From: an uncultured Gemmatimonadales bacterium
GTDB taxonomy: Bacteria > Gemmatimonadota > Gemmatimonadetes > Longimicrobiales > RSA9
Reading direction: 5' to 3'
Length of the DNA: 64,000 bases
NCBI GenBank assembly: GCA_963783305.1
Contig: CAWAMW010000007.1
Span: forward strand, 384,001 to 448,000
Each line of letters starts with the position of its first letter. Positions within the stretch are counted from its first letter, which is position 1. The position numbers and the translations under genes were made by a program. This document shows positions 9,907 through 19,848 of the stretch, one piece after another. The notes under the pieces were generated by a model that searched no databases, was not told where the DNA came from, and worked only from the letters and a program-made list of their open reading frames with translations.

Positions 9907-11952
9907 ATGAGGATTCTCCCTGCGGGTCTTGGAGCCGCCCTGATCCCGGGCGCGCTTCTCCTTGCGCTGGTTGCCACACCGCTCGTGGCGCAGCGACCGA
10001 TGACGCCGGAGGACCTCTGGGCCATGGGTCGCGTCGGCACGCCCGCGGTGAGCCCCGACGGCCGGAGCGTGGTGTACCCGGTGACCCGCTACGACCTGGA
10101 GGACGACCGGGGCCAGACGCAGCTCTGGCGGGTGCCCGTGTCGGGCGGCGAGCCCCAGCAGCTGACCACCGGGAGCGCCTCCAGCAGCTCGCCGGCGTGG
10201 TCGCCGGACGGACGGTGGATCGCGTTCGTCTCCGCGCGCAACGAGGAAGGGCGGCAGGTGTGGCTGATGCCGGCGCAGGGCGGGGACCCGCGGCAGCTGA
10301 CGCGGGTCGAGGGCGGCGTGGGCGGCCCCGTGTGGTCGGCTGACGGCTCGCGGTTGGCGGCGGCGGGCGAGGTGTGGGTGGAGGACGACGCGCTGAGCGA
10401 GCGGATGCGGGAGATCTCGGGGTCCGGCTCCAGCGCCATGGTCTTCGACGAGCTCATGTACCGCCACTGGGACGCGTGGGAGGACGGCATGCGGAGCCAC
10501 GTGTTCGTGGTGGACCCGGAGAGCGGCACTGCGCTGGACCTGACCCCCGGCGCGTTCGACTCGCCGCCGCTCGGTCTCGGCGGCTTCCAGGACTACCACC
10601 TGAGCCCGGATGGTGCCGAGCTGGCCTTCGTCCGGAACACCGATGTGCCCACGGCGGTGGGGACCGGCAACGACATCTGGCTCGTACCGACGGCGGGCGG
10701 GGAGCCGCGGCTGCTCACGGAAAGCCACGGCAACGATGTAGCGCCCCGCTACTCGCCCGACGGCCGCTGGATCGCTTACCTGGCGCAGGAGCGGCCGGGG
10801 TTCGAGGCGGATCGAGCCGTGCTCACTCTGTACGACCGCCGGACGGGGGAGCACCGCCCGCTGACCGCGGAATTCGATCGGTCGGTGCAGTCCTTCGAAT
10901 GGGCGCCGGACTCGCGAGCCATCTGGTTCAACGCCCAGGACGAGCTGTACGTGCGGGTGTATCGCCTTCCGCTCCGGGACGGAATGCCGGGGTCGATCGA
11001 GGCGGTCACCGATGAGGCGTACGATGGCGCGTTCGCCCTGGCCGGGGACGGTCTGGTGGTGGCGCGGCAGGAGGCGCACATGCCCACGGAGCTGTTCGCG
11101 GTGGACGGTCGGGGCGCGGTGGAACGGCAGCTGACGCATACCAACGAGGCGCTCCTGGAGGAGCTCGCGCTCCAGCCGGTGGAGCCGTTCTGGTTCGAGG
11201 GGGCGGAAGGGGCGCGGGTGCAGGGATTCCTGGTCAAGCCGCCGGAGTTCGACCCGTCCCGCAGCTGGCCGGTGGTGTTCCTCGTCCACGGTGGGCCTCA
11301 GGGCGCGTGGTCGGACAATTTCCACTACCGCTGGAACTACAACATGTTCTCGGCGCCGGGCTACGTGGTGGTGGCGGTGAACCCGCGCGGGAGCACGGGC
11401 TACGGCCAGCGCTTCACCAATGAGATCACCCGCGACTGGGGCGGGCTCGTCTACACGGACCTGATGAACGGGCTGGACCACGCGCTGAGGGAGTACCCGT
11501 ACCTGGAAGAGGACCGCATGGCGGCCGCCGGCGCCTCGTACGGCGGCTACATGATGAACTGGTTCCAGGGACACACCGATCGCTTCCGGACCATCATCAA
11601 TCATGACGGTCTCTTCGACCTTCGGAGCATGTACTTCGCCACGGAAGAGCTGTGGTTCCCGGAGTGGGAGTTCGGCGGTACGCCGTGGGAGAACCCGGAG
11701 CTCTACGACCGCTGGAACCCGGCGGCCTTCGTGGAGGAGTGGGACACGCCCATGCTCGTGATCCATGGGGCGCAGGACTTCCGGGTTCCGCTGGAGCAGG
11801 GGCTGGCGGCCTTTACGGCCCTACGTCGTCGCGACGTGCCCGCCCGGCTCCTGGTGTTCCCGGACGAGGGCCACTTCGTGCTCCGGCCATCGAACGCGCT
11901 GGTCTGGTGGAACACCATCTACGACTGGCTGGACGCGTACATCGGCGACTGA
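9907..11952 (+). CDS. S9 family peptidase (dipeptidyl-peptidase 5-like) with beta-propeller
   Basis: Signal peptide, SPDG propeller repeats, HGGPQ, GASYGG nucleophile, DFRVP Asp, DEGH His. Confidence 0.95.
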   Translation: MRILPAGLGAALIPGALLLALVATPLVAQRPMTPEDLWAMGRVGTPAVSPDGRSVVYPVTRYDLEDDRGQTQLWRVPVSGGEPQQLTTGSASSSSPAWSPDGRWIAFVSARNEEGRQVWLMPAQGGDPRQLTRVEGGVGGPVWSADGSRLAAAGEVWVEDDALSERMREISGSGSSAMVFDELMYRHWDAWEDGMRSHVFVVDPESGTALDLTPGAFDSPPLGLGGFQDYHLSPDGAELAFVRNTDVPTAVGTGNDIWLVPTAGGEPRLLTESHGNDVAPRYSPDGRWIAYLAQERPGFEADRAVLTLYDRRTGEHRPLTAEFDRSVQSFEWAPDSRAIWFNAQDELYVRVYRLPLRDGMPGSIEAVTDEAYDGAFALAGDGLVVARQEAHMPTELFAVDGRGAVERQLTHTNEALLEELALQPVEPFWFEGAEGARVQGFLVKPPEFDPSRSWPVVFLVHGGPQGAWSDNFHYRWNYNMFSAPGYVVVAVNPRGSTGYGQRFTNEITRDWGGLVYTDLMNGLDHALREYPYLEEDRMAAAGASYGGYMMNWFQGHTDRFRTIINHDGLFDLRSMYFATEELWFPEWEFGGTPWENPELYDRWNPAAFVEEWDTPMLVIHGAQDFRVPLEQGLAAFTALRRRDVPARLLVFPDEGHFVLRPSNALVWWNTIYDWLDAYIGD

Positions 11953-11981
11953 GCCGCCCGGTTCCCAGCGATCGCTGGAGT

Positions 11982-12189
11982 CTGGCAGGTCGCTGAAGGC
12001 GCGGTGGGCGGGGAGCGAACCATCGCTGCGCTCCCTGTCGACCGCGTCGCTGCGCTTGCTGGTCGATCTCCCCCCGCGCCAGCGGGGTCCTCGGGGAGCG
12101 CAGCGACCCACGAGGATCGACCCCCGCGCCAGCGGGTCCCGAAGGGAGCGGAGCGACCGCAGGGATCGACCCTCGACGCAGCCCGCCGG
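11982..12189. repeat. Modular GC-rich interspersed repeat (MITE/REP-like), copy 1
   Basis: 12004-12066 matches the reverse complement of 29918-29980 (58/63 by eye); 12116-12177 matches the reverse complement of ~29704-29766; contains two tandem ~50-bp subunits. Confidence 0.8.
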
Positions 12190-12191
12190 AC

Positions 12192-12926
12192 TCAGGAACC
12201 GCCGGAATCGGACGGAGCCCGGGGACCTCCGCCCGTGGACGCGTCCCGGCGGCGCCATCGTCGCCAGGGAGCGCCGAGGTCCTGCCAGTCCATCATCTGC
12301 TCTGAGGGGGCGCGGATGGCCAGGAGGATCCCGACCAGCGTTGCCGCCAGGACCCCACCCACGACCCCTGCGGCGGGCAGACCCGCGACCCCCGCCCGGC
12401 CCAGTGCCTCCACAATGTCGCTCGCGGGCGTCGGGTGCGTGTACAGCTTCAGGACCCAGGCCATGAGGACGATGGTGAAGATGTAGGCGTAGTTGCGCCG
12501 GATGCGGTATCCCGCCGCGGCGAACGGTCCCAGGTGTGGGACCGTTCGACCCAGGTCGCTCAGGATCCCGCGCATGCCGTCGCGGATCTCGCCTTCCCCG
12601 GGGCGCCCGTCCGGCCCTTCACCCGGCACCAGGTACGGAGCGATCAGGTAGCGGTTGAGCCCGTGGAACTGGCGCCTCCACCGGTCGTAAGCCTGATAGC
12701 GGCGTGACTCGATCAGGAGGAATACCCCGTCGAAGAACAGTGTCAGCAGCAGGACGAAGTGCGGGGCCGAGGGCGTGCCAAAGGTGAACGTGATCATCCC
12801 GGCCGTGGTTGCGGCCGCCCAGTTGGTGGTGGAATCCATCCGTTGACGCCAGACGTCCGCGTGGCCCACCACCGCCCGATAGAAGTGGACCAGAACGGTC
12901 CGCGGCTCGTCGGGGGATTCGGCCAT
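12192..12926 (-). CDS. DUF2270 family membrane protein
   Basis: 'HFYRA...WRQRMDSTTNWA', 'IESRRY', 'RIRRNY' motifs. Confidence 0.85.
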   Translation of the reverse strand: MAESPDEPRTVLVHFYRAVVGHADVWRQRMDSTTNWAAATTAGMITFTFGTPSAPHFVLLLTLFFDGVFLLIESRRYQAYDRWRRQFHGLNRYLIAPYLVPGEGPDGRPGEGEIRDGMRGILSDLGRTVPHLGPFAAAGYRIRRNYAYIFTIVLMAWVLKLYTHPTPASDIVEALGRAGVAGLPAAGVVGGVLAATLVGILLAIRAPSEQMMDWQDLGAPWRRWRRRDASTGGGPRAPSDSGGS

Positions 12927-12934
12927 TCCGCTAC

Positions 12935-14239
12935 CTACCGCAGCCGGTGGATCAGGAGCGCCGCCCGTTTCGCCGACCTGGCCAAGGACGAGAGGTCCAC
13001 AGTCTCGTCGGGGGAGTGGGCGCCGCTGCCTTCCACGCCGAGACCGCCGAGCGCGCCCAGGGCGACCCGGGCGGCGGCGAAAGACAGGTCGGAAGCGCCG
13101 CGCCGGCCGGGGTCATATTCCACGACCGTGCCGTATCCCAGGTCGCGGCTCGCGGCGGAGTAGAGACTCAGGAGCTGGCGGTTCCCCTCGGTCGGCGGCA
13201 TGCCCGGGTAGCCGTCGGTGAACACGATCTCGGCGGTGGTGCGGGGGAGGTGCCGAGCGACGATCTCGCGCATCCGCGCCCGGGCACGCTCGAGCTGGTC
13301 GTCGCTGATCGTCCGGATCCCGCCGTGCACCACAGTGCGGCCGGCCACGATGTTCGTCTTCGACGACGCGCTGCCCCGGACCATTGCGGGATCGTACTCC
13401 ACGTCCGTGCCGCCCACGATCACCGCCGGGTTGAACGTCAGGTAGCGCTCCCCGCGGAGCTCCTCGTAGAACGCATCGAGGATCCGGGCGGCCTCGAACA
13501 CGGCGCCGGCTCCCGTGCCCTCCGAGAAGATCCCGGACGAATGGGCGGTGCGGCCTTCTACGGTGAGGAGCCAACCGCTGGAGCCCCGGCGAGCGGTCGT
13601 GCCGAAGTCGTGGTCGGGCCCGCCAATGGCCGTCTCGAACTCGAGGGCTACATCGCTCCGCGCGGCGAGCTCCGTCATGTCCTGGCGCGCTTCCGTTACG
13701 GGGTCGCCTAGGGACTCCTCGTCGCCGGTGAAGATGACGCGGATCGTGCGGTCCTCCAGCGCGCCCGCCGCGTGGAGCGCCCGGAGCGCCAGGATCATGA
13801 CGGCGTTGCCCCCCTTCATGTCGTTCACACCGGGGCCCCGACCCGTCATGCCATCCCGCTCGAACCACCCTTCGCCCTCGTCCACGGTGTCCAGATGCCC
13901 GATCAGCAGGACACTGCGACCCGCCGAACCGACCCGCTCCGCCACCAGGTGACCGGCCCGACCGACGTGGTCCTGCGGGATCCATTCGGTGCGGAACCCG
14001 AGCGCGGCCAGCTCCGGTGCCAGCAGGTCCGCCACGCGGCGAATCCCCTCGTGGTCCTGGGTCCCACTGCCGATCTCCGCCTGGCGCGCGAGCAGGTCGA
14101 TCCCCTCTTCGACATGGGCATCAATGTACTCGCTGACGCTGCGCTCGGTGGCGTCCAGCTGAGCCGCGAGCGGGGCGGCCACACCGAGGCCGAGGACGAG
14201 CAGAACGAGAGTGCGGAGAGTGGCGGGATACAAGGTCAT
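12935..14239 (-). CDS. M20 family metallopeptidase (carboxypeptidase G2-like), secreted
   Basis: Signal peptide; GHLDTV, GPGVNDMKGG, TGDEE and GAHSPDE zinc-ligand motifs. Confidence 0.92.
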   Translation of the reverse strand: MTLYPATLRTLVLLVLGLGVAAPLAAQLDATERSVSEYIDAHVEEGIDLLARQAEIGSGTQDHEGIRRVADLLAPELAALGFRTEWIPQDHVGRAGHLVAERVGSAGRSVLLIGHLDTVDEGEGWFERDGMTGRGPGVNDMKGGNAVMILALRALHAAGALEDRTIRVIFTGDEESLGDPVTEARQDMTELAARSDVALEFETAIGGPDHDFGTTARRGSSGWLLTVEGRTAHSSGIFSEGTGAGAVFEAARILDAFYEELRGERYLTFNPAVIVGGTDVEYDPAMVRGSASSKTNIVAGRTVVHGGIRTISDDQLERARARMREIVARHLPRTTAEIVFTDGYPGMPPTEGNRQLLSLYSAASRDLGYGTVVEYDPGRRGASDLSFAAARVALGALGGLGVEGSGAHSPDETVDLSSLARSAKRAALLIHRLR

Positions 14240-14452
14240 TTCACTCCGTGGAGTCGTCGCGGGGGTTCGGTCGAGGAGAGCAAGGTAGGGGCGCGGGGCG
14301 CGGTGGGGGAAGGGGCCACCGCGGACCACCGCGCGTTCACGTGTGGCCCCGGCGGAGCACGGATTGTAGATTCTCCCTGATGGTGGAGGGCGCTCCGACC
14401 GGTTATCACTCTGTCGATGCGCCGCACAGGTCACCAAAGCCCGGAGGCGCAT

Positions 14453-14920
14453 ATGGGCCTGCACACCCCCTTCCGACGGTCGCTGCCGCTCACCCTTCTC
14501 GTGATCTTTCCGCTCGTAGCCTGCGGCGCGGACACCCCCGATCAGGCCAACCCGGCGCTGCCCGGAGAGGCGCTGGAAGCGGGCGTGGTGGACCTGGCCC
14601 TCTTCGACAGCATCACGTGGGCCACGCCGGCCGCACCGGTGGACCGGGGCGCTACCGTGTACGCGTACAGCTGCGCCAAGTGTCACGGCGACTCGGGCGC
14701 CGGCAACGGCGGCTACGTGCTTCAGGGCCGCGTGCTCCGTCCGCCCTCGTTCCTCGGAGACCAGTGGCGCTTTGCCAATGACCCCACCGGGCTCCGGGAG
14801 GCGATCGTGCAGGGCACGGATCGCGGCATGCCGCACTGGGGCGAGGCGGGGCTGAAGCCGCGCGACATCAATGCGGTGGCGCACTTCATCCTGCTCCGGC
14901 TCTGGGCCGAGGGCGGCTGA
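14453..14920 (+). CDS. Monoheme cytochrome c lipoprotein
   Basis: Lipobox LVAC, CxxCH (CAKCH), distal Met in 'GMPHW'; GGAGG RBS. Confidence 0.85.
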   Translation: MGLHTPFRRSLPLTLLVIFPLVACGADTPDQANPALPGEALEAGVVDLALFDSITWATPAAPVDRGATVYAYSCAKCHGDSGAGNGGYVLQGRVLRPPSFLGDQWRFANDPTGLREAIVQGTDRGMPHWGEAGLKPRDINAVAHFILLRLWAEGG

Positions 14921-14964
14921 CAGGGAGTTTGCCGGACGGAGCTCAGGGCGGATAGCTTGCCGCC

Positions 14965-15453
14965 ATGGCTATCAGAATATTCGTGACGGGCGGAACGTTC
15001 GACAAGGAATACGACGAGATCCACGGCCGTCTGTATTTCCAGGATACGCACCTGCCGGAGATGCTCGACATGGGGCGCTGCCGGGTCGAGGTGGCGATCC
15101 GGACGCTCATGATGGTGGACTCGCTGGAGATGTCGGACGGCGACCGGGATCTGATCGCCCGGCAGTGCCGCGACAGCCCCGAGGACCGGATCATCGTCAC
15201 CCACGGTACCGACACCATGGTGGATACGGCCGCGGTGCTCGCTGCGGTGGTGCCCGACAAGACCATCGTGCTGACCGGCGCCATGATCCCCATCGCGTTC
15301 GGCAGCTCGGATGGACTGTTCAACCTCGGTGGCGCCCTCGCCGTCGTGCAGGTGCTGGATCCGGGGGTCTACGTCGTGATGAACGGCCGCGTCTTCCACT
15401 GGGACGAGGTCCGGAAGAACCGGCAGACCGGAATCTTCGAGCGCACGGACTAG
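14965..15453 (+). CDS. Short asparaginase-domain protein
   Basis: TGGT, HGTDTM and VLTGAM motifs; only the N-terminal catalytic domain (162 aa). Confidence 0.88.
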   Translation: MAIRIFVTGGTFDKEYDEIHGRLYFQDTHLPEMLDMGRCRVEVAIRTLMMVDSLEMSDGDRDLIARQCRDSPEDRIIVTHGTDTMVDTAAVLAAVVPDKTIVLTGAMIPIAFGSSDGLFNLGGALAVVQVLDPGVYVVMNGRVFHWDEVRKNRQTGIFERTD

Positions 15454-15471
15454 GAAGCCCGCTGCGGCGGG

Positions 15472-18111
15472 TCAGAGACCCATGCCCAGGCGCAGGTAGA
15501 GTCCGCGCCGTTCCCCCGAAGCGAGTTCCACGGCCACTGTGCCCACCGGAGTGGTGAACCACGCGGCGCCGCCCACGGCGGTATGCCAGTCACCGGTGGA
15601 GCTCCCGTCTACCCAGACGCGACCGGCGTCGCCGAACGCCGATACCCCGAGGGTGCCGCGGGCGATGATCTCGGCCTCCGCCAGCGGGACGCGAACCTCC
15701 GCCGTCCCGTACGCCGCCGCGTCCCCGGCGAATCGCCCCTGGGAGAACCCTCTCAGGGAGCTGCGACCACCGATGAACGCGGATCGGTACACGGGCGTGT
15801 CCCCCGTCGTGGCGGCACCTCCAACCCTGAGCGCCAGGATGGGGGAAGCGGGGACGGGCAGGGGCAGGTATGCCGACACCACGGCGCTGCCGCGACCGTA
15901 CGGCCGCGCCTCGCTCACGAGCGGCACGTACCCGCCTAGGTCCACCCGGCTCAGCATACCACGACGCGGGAAGGCCTCATCATCGCGGGTGTCATGGCGG
16001 ACCCCTGCCCGGGCCCCCACCTCACCCAGTCCGCGCACGCCGAACGGCCGGACTGCGTCGAGCCGCGTGCCATCCTCCAGCTCCGGGTCGCTGTACAGGA
16101 CGGTGGCGCCCAGGCCGAGCTCCGTGCCGCTCGCCAGCGGGATGACGAGCGCGGCATCGGCCTCGTAGCGCCGGATCCAGCTGAGGGCGGAGTCGTCGGG
16201 GAGATCGGGGGTCTCGTTCCCAAAGCCGTGGAATCGCAGCATCTCCACGTTGGATAGCCGCCCGAGGACCTCGATCCGGAGTGGCGAGGTCTCCGGGCGG
16301 AAAGATCCGGTGTATGCCAGGCGGCCCCGGAGGGACTCCGTCAGGACCATGGCGGTGAGGCGCTGCCTGGACTCGAATGGCACGTGCCGAAAGCCGTAGT
16401 GCGTCCATACCGGGCCGCCGCCCACCAGGAGCCCCGCGTCGGAGACCCAGCCGATGGCCGGTGTGAACCAATTCGAGGTCTCGCCCCAGTCGCGGGGCTT
16501 GTTCGGCAAGGGCGAGGGCTCCTCCTCCGGCGGCACGAACGGGCGGGTATCCACACGGGTGCCGGACCCCCGCACAAAGCGATTGTCGCCCTCGGCGTCG
16601 TAGAGTACCGCCCCCCCCACCGAGTCGACGAGGACATCGTCCCCCTCTCCGCCCACCACGCGCAGCCGGATCTCGGGCTCCGCGGACCCCGTGTGCTCGT
16701 CCCCGTCCTCGTATCGGATCACCGCGTGGTCGTCCCCTTCGTAGAGGAACAGGCGGACTTCGCGGGTCTCGGCGGGCACGAACCGCCGCTCGTAGTAGGG
16801 TCGACCGGCGAGCCGCTCGTTCGCGGGGGCGTACAGGCGAACGGTCACCGCCCCGCTCCGATGGTGTTCGATCAGCGCGCGCTCCCGCTCGTCCGTGCCG
16901 TGGACCTCCGCCTCCTCGGCCAGCAGGTTGTACATCCGGTCTGACATCGCGGGGAATCGATCCCGGCGGGCGCGAAGCGTGGCCGCGAGATCCGCCCCAT
17001 TCAGCGACTCCCACTCCGGCGGCAGCGCCGCGATCGCGCGGTCGATGGCCGCATCGTTGAGCGAGGCGTGAACGGTGGCGGCCACGGAGTTCCAGGCAGG
17101 GCGGTCCAGAGGGGAAAGAAGTCGGCGGACCAGGTCGGGCGAGTTGGACATCATGGCCGTGAGGTCGGGATACTCGTCCTTGAATCGGATCAGCCGGGCG
17201 GCCAGCGCGGAGCGGGCGACGGCCATGAGCAGGCCGTCGTGCTGGACGAAGGCGTAGTCCCTGTCCTCGGGAATGGGGACCCACCGATAGATCCCGTCGC
17301 GCTCGTATCGCGCGAAGCGGTACTGGCCGATGTGTCGGTCCCAGTCGCCCAGGTAGATCGACAGGAGGCGCTCCGCGAGGAAAGCGGGCGCATCGAGCCG
17401 GTGCTCCGGCTCTTCCGCCAGGTGTTCGAGGACCCGGTCGCCGGCGGCGATCTTCGGGGCCCCGAAGGAGAGTGGCTCGTCGTCGTCGCCTTCGTTCGGG
17501 TGGAGCTCGAGGGTCCCGAGGAGCCCCGCGAACTCTTCACGGAATTCGCCAAGGCGCGGGTCGTCGGCCATGACGAAGAGGCGCGGGCCAGGGTTGAGCA
17601 CGCCCGCGGCCTCCAGGAGCGGCGTGGCGGCTATGGCGGCGCCGGGGTGCTGCGCCGCCGTCTGGTCCTTCCGGAGCCACTGTATGATCGTCCCTCGGGC
17701 CCACTCGGGCATGGAATGGTCGTAGCTCTTGTTCACCGACCGGAAGTTGTACTCCCGGCCGTCCGGGGCCTCGAAGCGCAGCGTGCTGGTCTGAACGCCG
17801 CCACCGCGCTCCACCGGCGTGAGCCCCCCGTGGATGTCGAGGTTCAGGATCGGAACCCGGATGGGCGCGGTCCAGCTGTCGCGGTAGCCGTCACCCAGGA
17901 GCGCCCGATGGAGCCAGCCGGCGTCGTACTCGGGACCCGCGACCACGGTGGCCGAGTCCTCCTGTGCGGACTCCCGCTGTGCGTGTAGCGGGGCGATGGA
18001 CAGTGACAGCGCCAGCCAGACCGTGAGGCAGCAGGCCGGGAAAGCGACCGGGCGTGCGCCTCTCCGGGCCGCTCGCCGGTCGGCGGTGGGGCCGGACCGT
18101 CCGCACTTCAT
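15472..18111 (-). CDS. Omp85/BamA-TamA-family outer-membrane protein with large N-terminal kinase-like region
   Basis: C-terminal barrel with 'DTRDDEAFPRRG', 'IGGRSSLRGF...RFAGD', 'FGDAGRVW'; N-terminal 'GGGVQT' and 'GDWDRH' motifs; start uncertain. Confidence 0.8.
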   Translation of the reverse strand: MKCGRSGPTADRRAARRGARPVAFPACCLTVWLALSLSIAPLHAQRESAQEDSATVVAGPEYDAGWLHRALLGDGYRDSWTAPIRVPILNLDIHGGLTPVERGGGVQTSTLRFEAPDGREYNFRSVNKSYDHSMPEWARGTIIQWLRKDQTAAQHPGAAIAATPLLEAAGVLNPGPRLFVMADDPRLGEFREEFAGLLGTLELHPNEGDDDEPLSFGAPKIAAGDRVLEHLAEEPEHRLDAPAFLAERLLSIYLGDWDRHIGQYRFARYERDGIYRWVPIPEDRDYAFVQHDGLLMAVARSALAARLIRFKDEYPDLTAMMSNSPDLVRRLLSPLDRPAWNSVAATVHASLNDAAIDRAIAALPPEWESLNGADLAATLRARRDRFPAMSDRMYNLLAEEAEVHGTDERERALIEHHRSGAVTVRLYAPANERLAGRPYYERRFVPAETREVRLFLYEGDDHAVIRYEDGDEHTGSAEPEIRLRVVGGEGDDVLVDSVGGAVLYDAEGDNRFVRGSGTRVDTRPFVPPEEEPSPLPNKPRDWGETSNWFTPAIGWVSDAGLLVGGGPVWTHYGFRHVPFESRQRLTAMVLTESLRGRLAYTGSFRPETSPLRIEVLGRLSNVEMLRFHGFGNETPDLPDDSALSWIRRYEADAALVIPLASGTELGLGATVLYSDPELEDGTRLDAVRPFGVRGLGEVGARAGVRHDTRDDEAFPRRGMLSRVDLGGYVPLVSEARPYGRGSAVVSAYLPLPVPASPILALRVGGAATTGDTPVYRSAFIGGRSSLRGFSQGRFAGDAAAYGTAEVRVPLAEAEIIARGTLGVSAFGDAGRVWVDGSSTGDWHTAVGGAAWFTTPVGTVAVELASGERRGLYLRLGMGL

Positions 18112-18242
18112 GCCTGGGAGCCGGCCGCGCGGTCCATGATCTCCCGCATGGAACTGAGGCGGTCGGCCACCAGCGCGGATACGACCCGGGCGAGCGCTCG
18201 ACCCGCTGCCGTTCGATCCCTGAAACCTTCTACTCCAGCCAT
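18108..18242 (-). pseudogene. Possible remnant of a phosphoribosyltransferase N-terminus (44 aa)
   Basis: 'FRDRTAAGRALA' resembles the F.DR..AGR.LA start of a PRTase family; its stop overlaps the Omp85 ATG (ATGA). Confidence 0.3.
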
Positions 18243-18510
18243 TCCGTCTGCTCGTCCATTTGCAGGAACAGGATGAGCGGCCGGCTGATCCCGGCGGCGC
18301 TCCCATGGGCTGCCGTTTCGCTCGCGATTCACCGAGCCTGCAGCCACTCGCCGCGACCAACGCAGACACCGTACCTGCCCGCAAACGCCCTGGCGGGCGG
18401 TTCTCGCCACGCCGCCGTGTACCGGAAGCGCGGTAATGCGCGGCCGCGCCATTCCAGTGGCGGAGCCGGTGGAGGATCCGACAAACGTCCGGTTCGTCAG
18501 TGAGGCTTCG

Positions 18511-19638
18511 TCAACGCCATGTTTCCTGGGATTCTCCGGCATCCCCTGTCGGGCCGACAGCGGCACCCGTGAGCTCCGCGTACAGCGCCTCGTAGCGGTC
18601 CGCCATACGACCGGCGGTGAACCGCGCGCGGGCCCGCTCGAGGGCGCGCGCGGCCTGCTCGTCGAGGGCTGCCGGGTCCTCCAGCACACCGCGAAGCCGG
18701 TTGGCCAGGACGCGCGGGGTAGGCGGATCGAAGAAGTCGGCCGCGCCGGTCCACAGCTCGCGGAACGAGCCGATCCCGGTGAGCAGCAGGCCGCAGCCGT
18801 GGCCGGCCGCCTCGAGGGGCGAGAGTCCGAACGGCTCGTACAGCGAGGGGGCGACGTAGAGCCGGGTGTTCGCGTAGAACCGGTCCATGGTGGCCGCGTC
18901 CACCTCGCCGTGCGTGATCAGGTGCTCCACTTCCATCCGCTCACCGGCCGGTCCCTCCATCGGGCCCACCAGGTGGACCGCGGGAGCGTCGGTGCCGAGG
19001 TCGTCGATCGCGCGGTCCAGAAGCGCCACACCCTTGGCCTCATCCCAGGCCCGCCCGGCCACGAGGACCATGGAGCGGCTGGAGGGCGGGGGAGCGGAGC
19101 CGTCCAGCTGCGGGAGGCGCGTCCCGTTGTGGATCACGCGCACCGCGCTCCGGCCGTAATGACGAGCGAGCAGACCGGATTGGTATGCGGTGGGGGCGAC
19201 CACGACACCGGCCGCGTCGATCCCGCGGCGGACCATCGCCTTGTACGGCCCCCATTCCTCCGGCGGCGTACGCTCCTGGACCTCCGCGTACCACGAGAGC
19301 ATATCGCTGTGCGCCACGACGACCACCGGGGCGGGGAAGACTCCGGCGGCGTAGGCGAACTGGTTGAGGTGGACGATGTCGGCTCGCCAGTCGGCGGCTA
19401 CCGACTCCAGCCAGCGGGTGGTCGGATCCACGTCGGCGAGCCCGTCCGGCATCCACTCCAGCCGCAGCTTCCGGCTGAACGCATCCACGCACTCCGGCAG
19501 CTCGGTCATCCGGGCTTCCTCGGGGTCGCCGAGCACCGCGACCGCGCAGGTGTGCCCCCGGTCCGTCAGCTCCCGGACCAGCGTGACCGTGTAGCGCCAT
19601 ACTCCGCCCACCACGTCCGTCGTCAGGAGAATTCTCAT
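18511..19638 (-). CDS. Glycosyltransferase family 4
   Basis: 'MRILLTTDVVGGVW' start; 'PSLYEPFGLSPLEAA' GT-B signature. Confidence 0.9.
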   Translation of the reverse strand: MRILLTTDVVGGVWRYTVTLVRELTDRGHTCAVAVLGDPEEARMTELPECVDAFSRKLRLEWMPDGLADVDPTTRWLESVAADWRADIVHLNQFAYAAGVFPAPVVVVAHSDMLSWYAEVQERTPPEEWGPYKAMVRRGIDAAGVVVAPTAYQSGLLARHYGRSAVRVIHNGTRLPQLDGSAPPPSSRSMVLVAGRAWDEAKGVALLDRAIDDLGTDAPAVHLVGPMEGPAGERMEVEHLITHGEVDAATMDRFYANTRLYVAPSLYEPFGLSPLEAAGHGCGLLLTGIGSFRELWTGAADFFDPPTPRVLANRLRGVLEDPAALDEQAARALERARARFTAGRMADRYEALYAELTGAAVGPTGDAGESQETWR

Positions 19639-19848
19639 CGTGCGTACATCCGATCGAGAACGTTAGCGACCTCCACGAGCGACTCCACCGTGGATCGTAC
19701 GACTGATCATGAGCCAATCGCCCCGCCAAGGCCAGCGCGGCCCACCGCTCCGGTCGTCCGGGGGCGTCTCCAGCACTTCCAGGAATGTGCCAGCGCCGTG
19801 CCGCGCCGGGTCCGTGGAGCCCGAACCACGATGGCCCCGGGAGGGCGG

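Noticed and set aside
12064..12177. Possible mini CRISPR array (also the repeats at 25664-25725)
   Set aside because: The units abut with no unique spacers of regular length, there are only 2-3 copies, and no cas genes are present.
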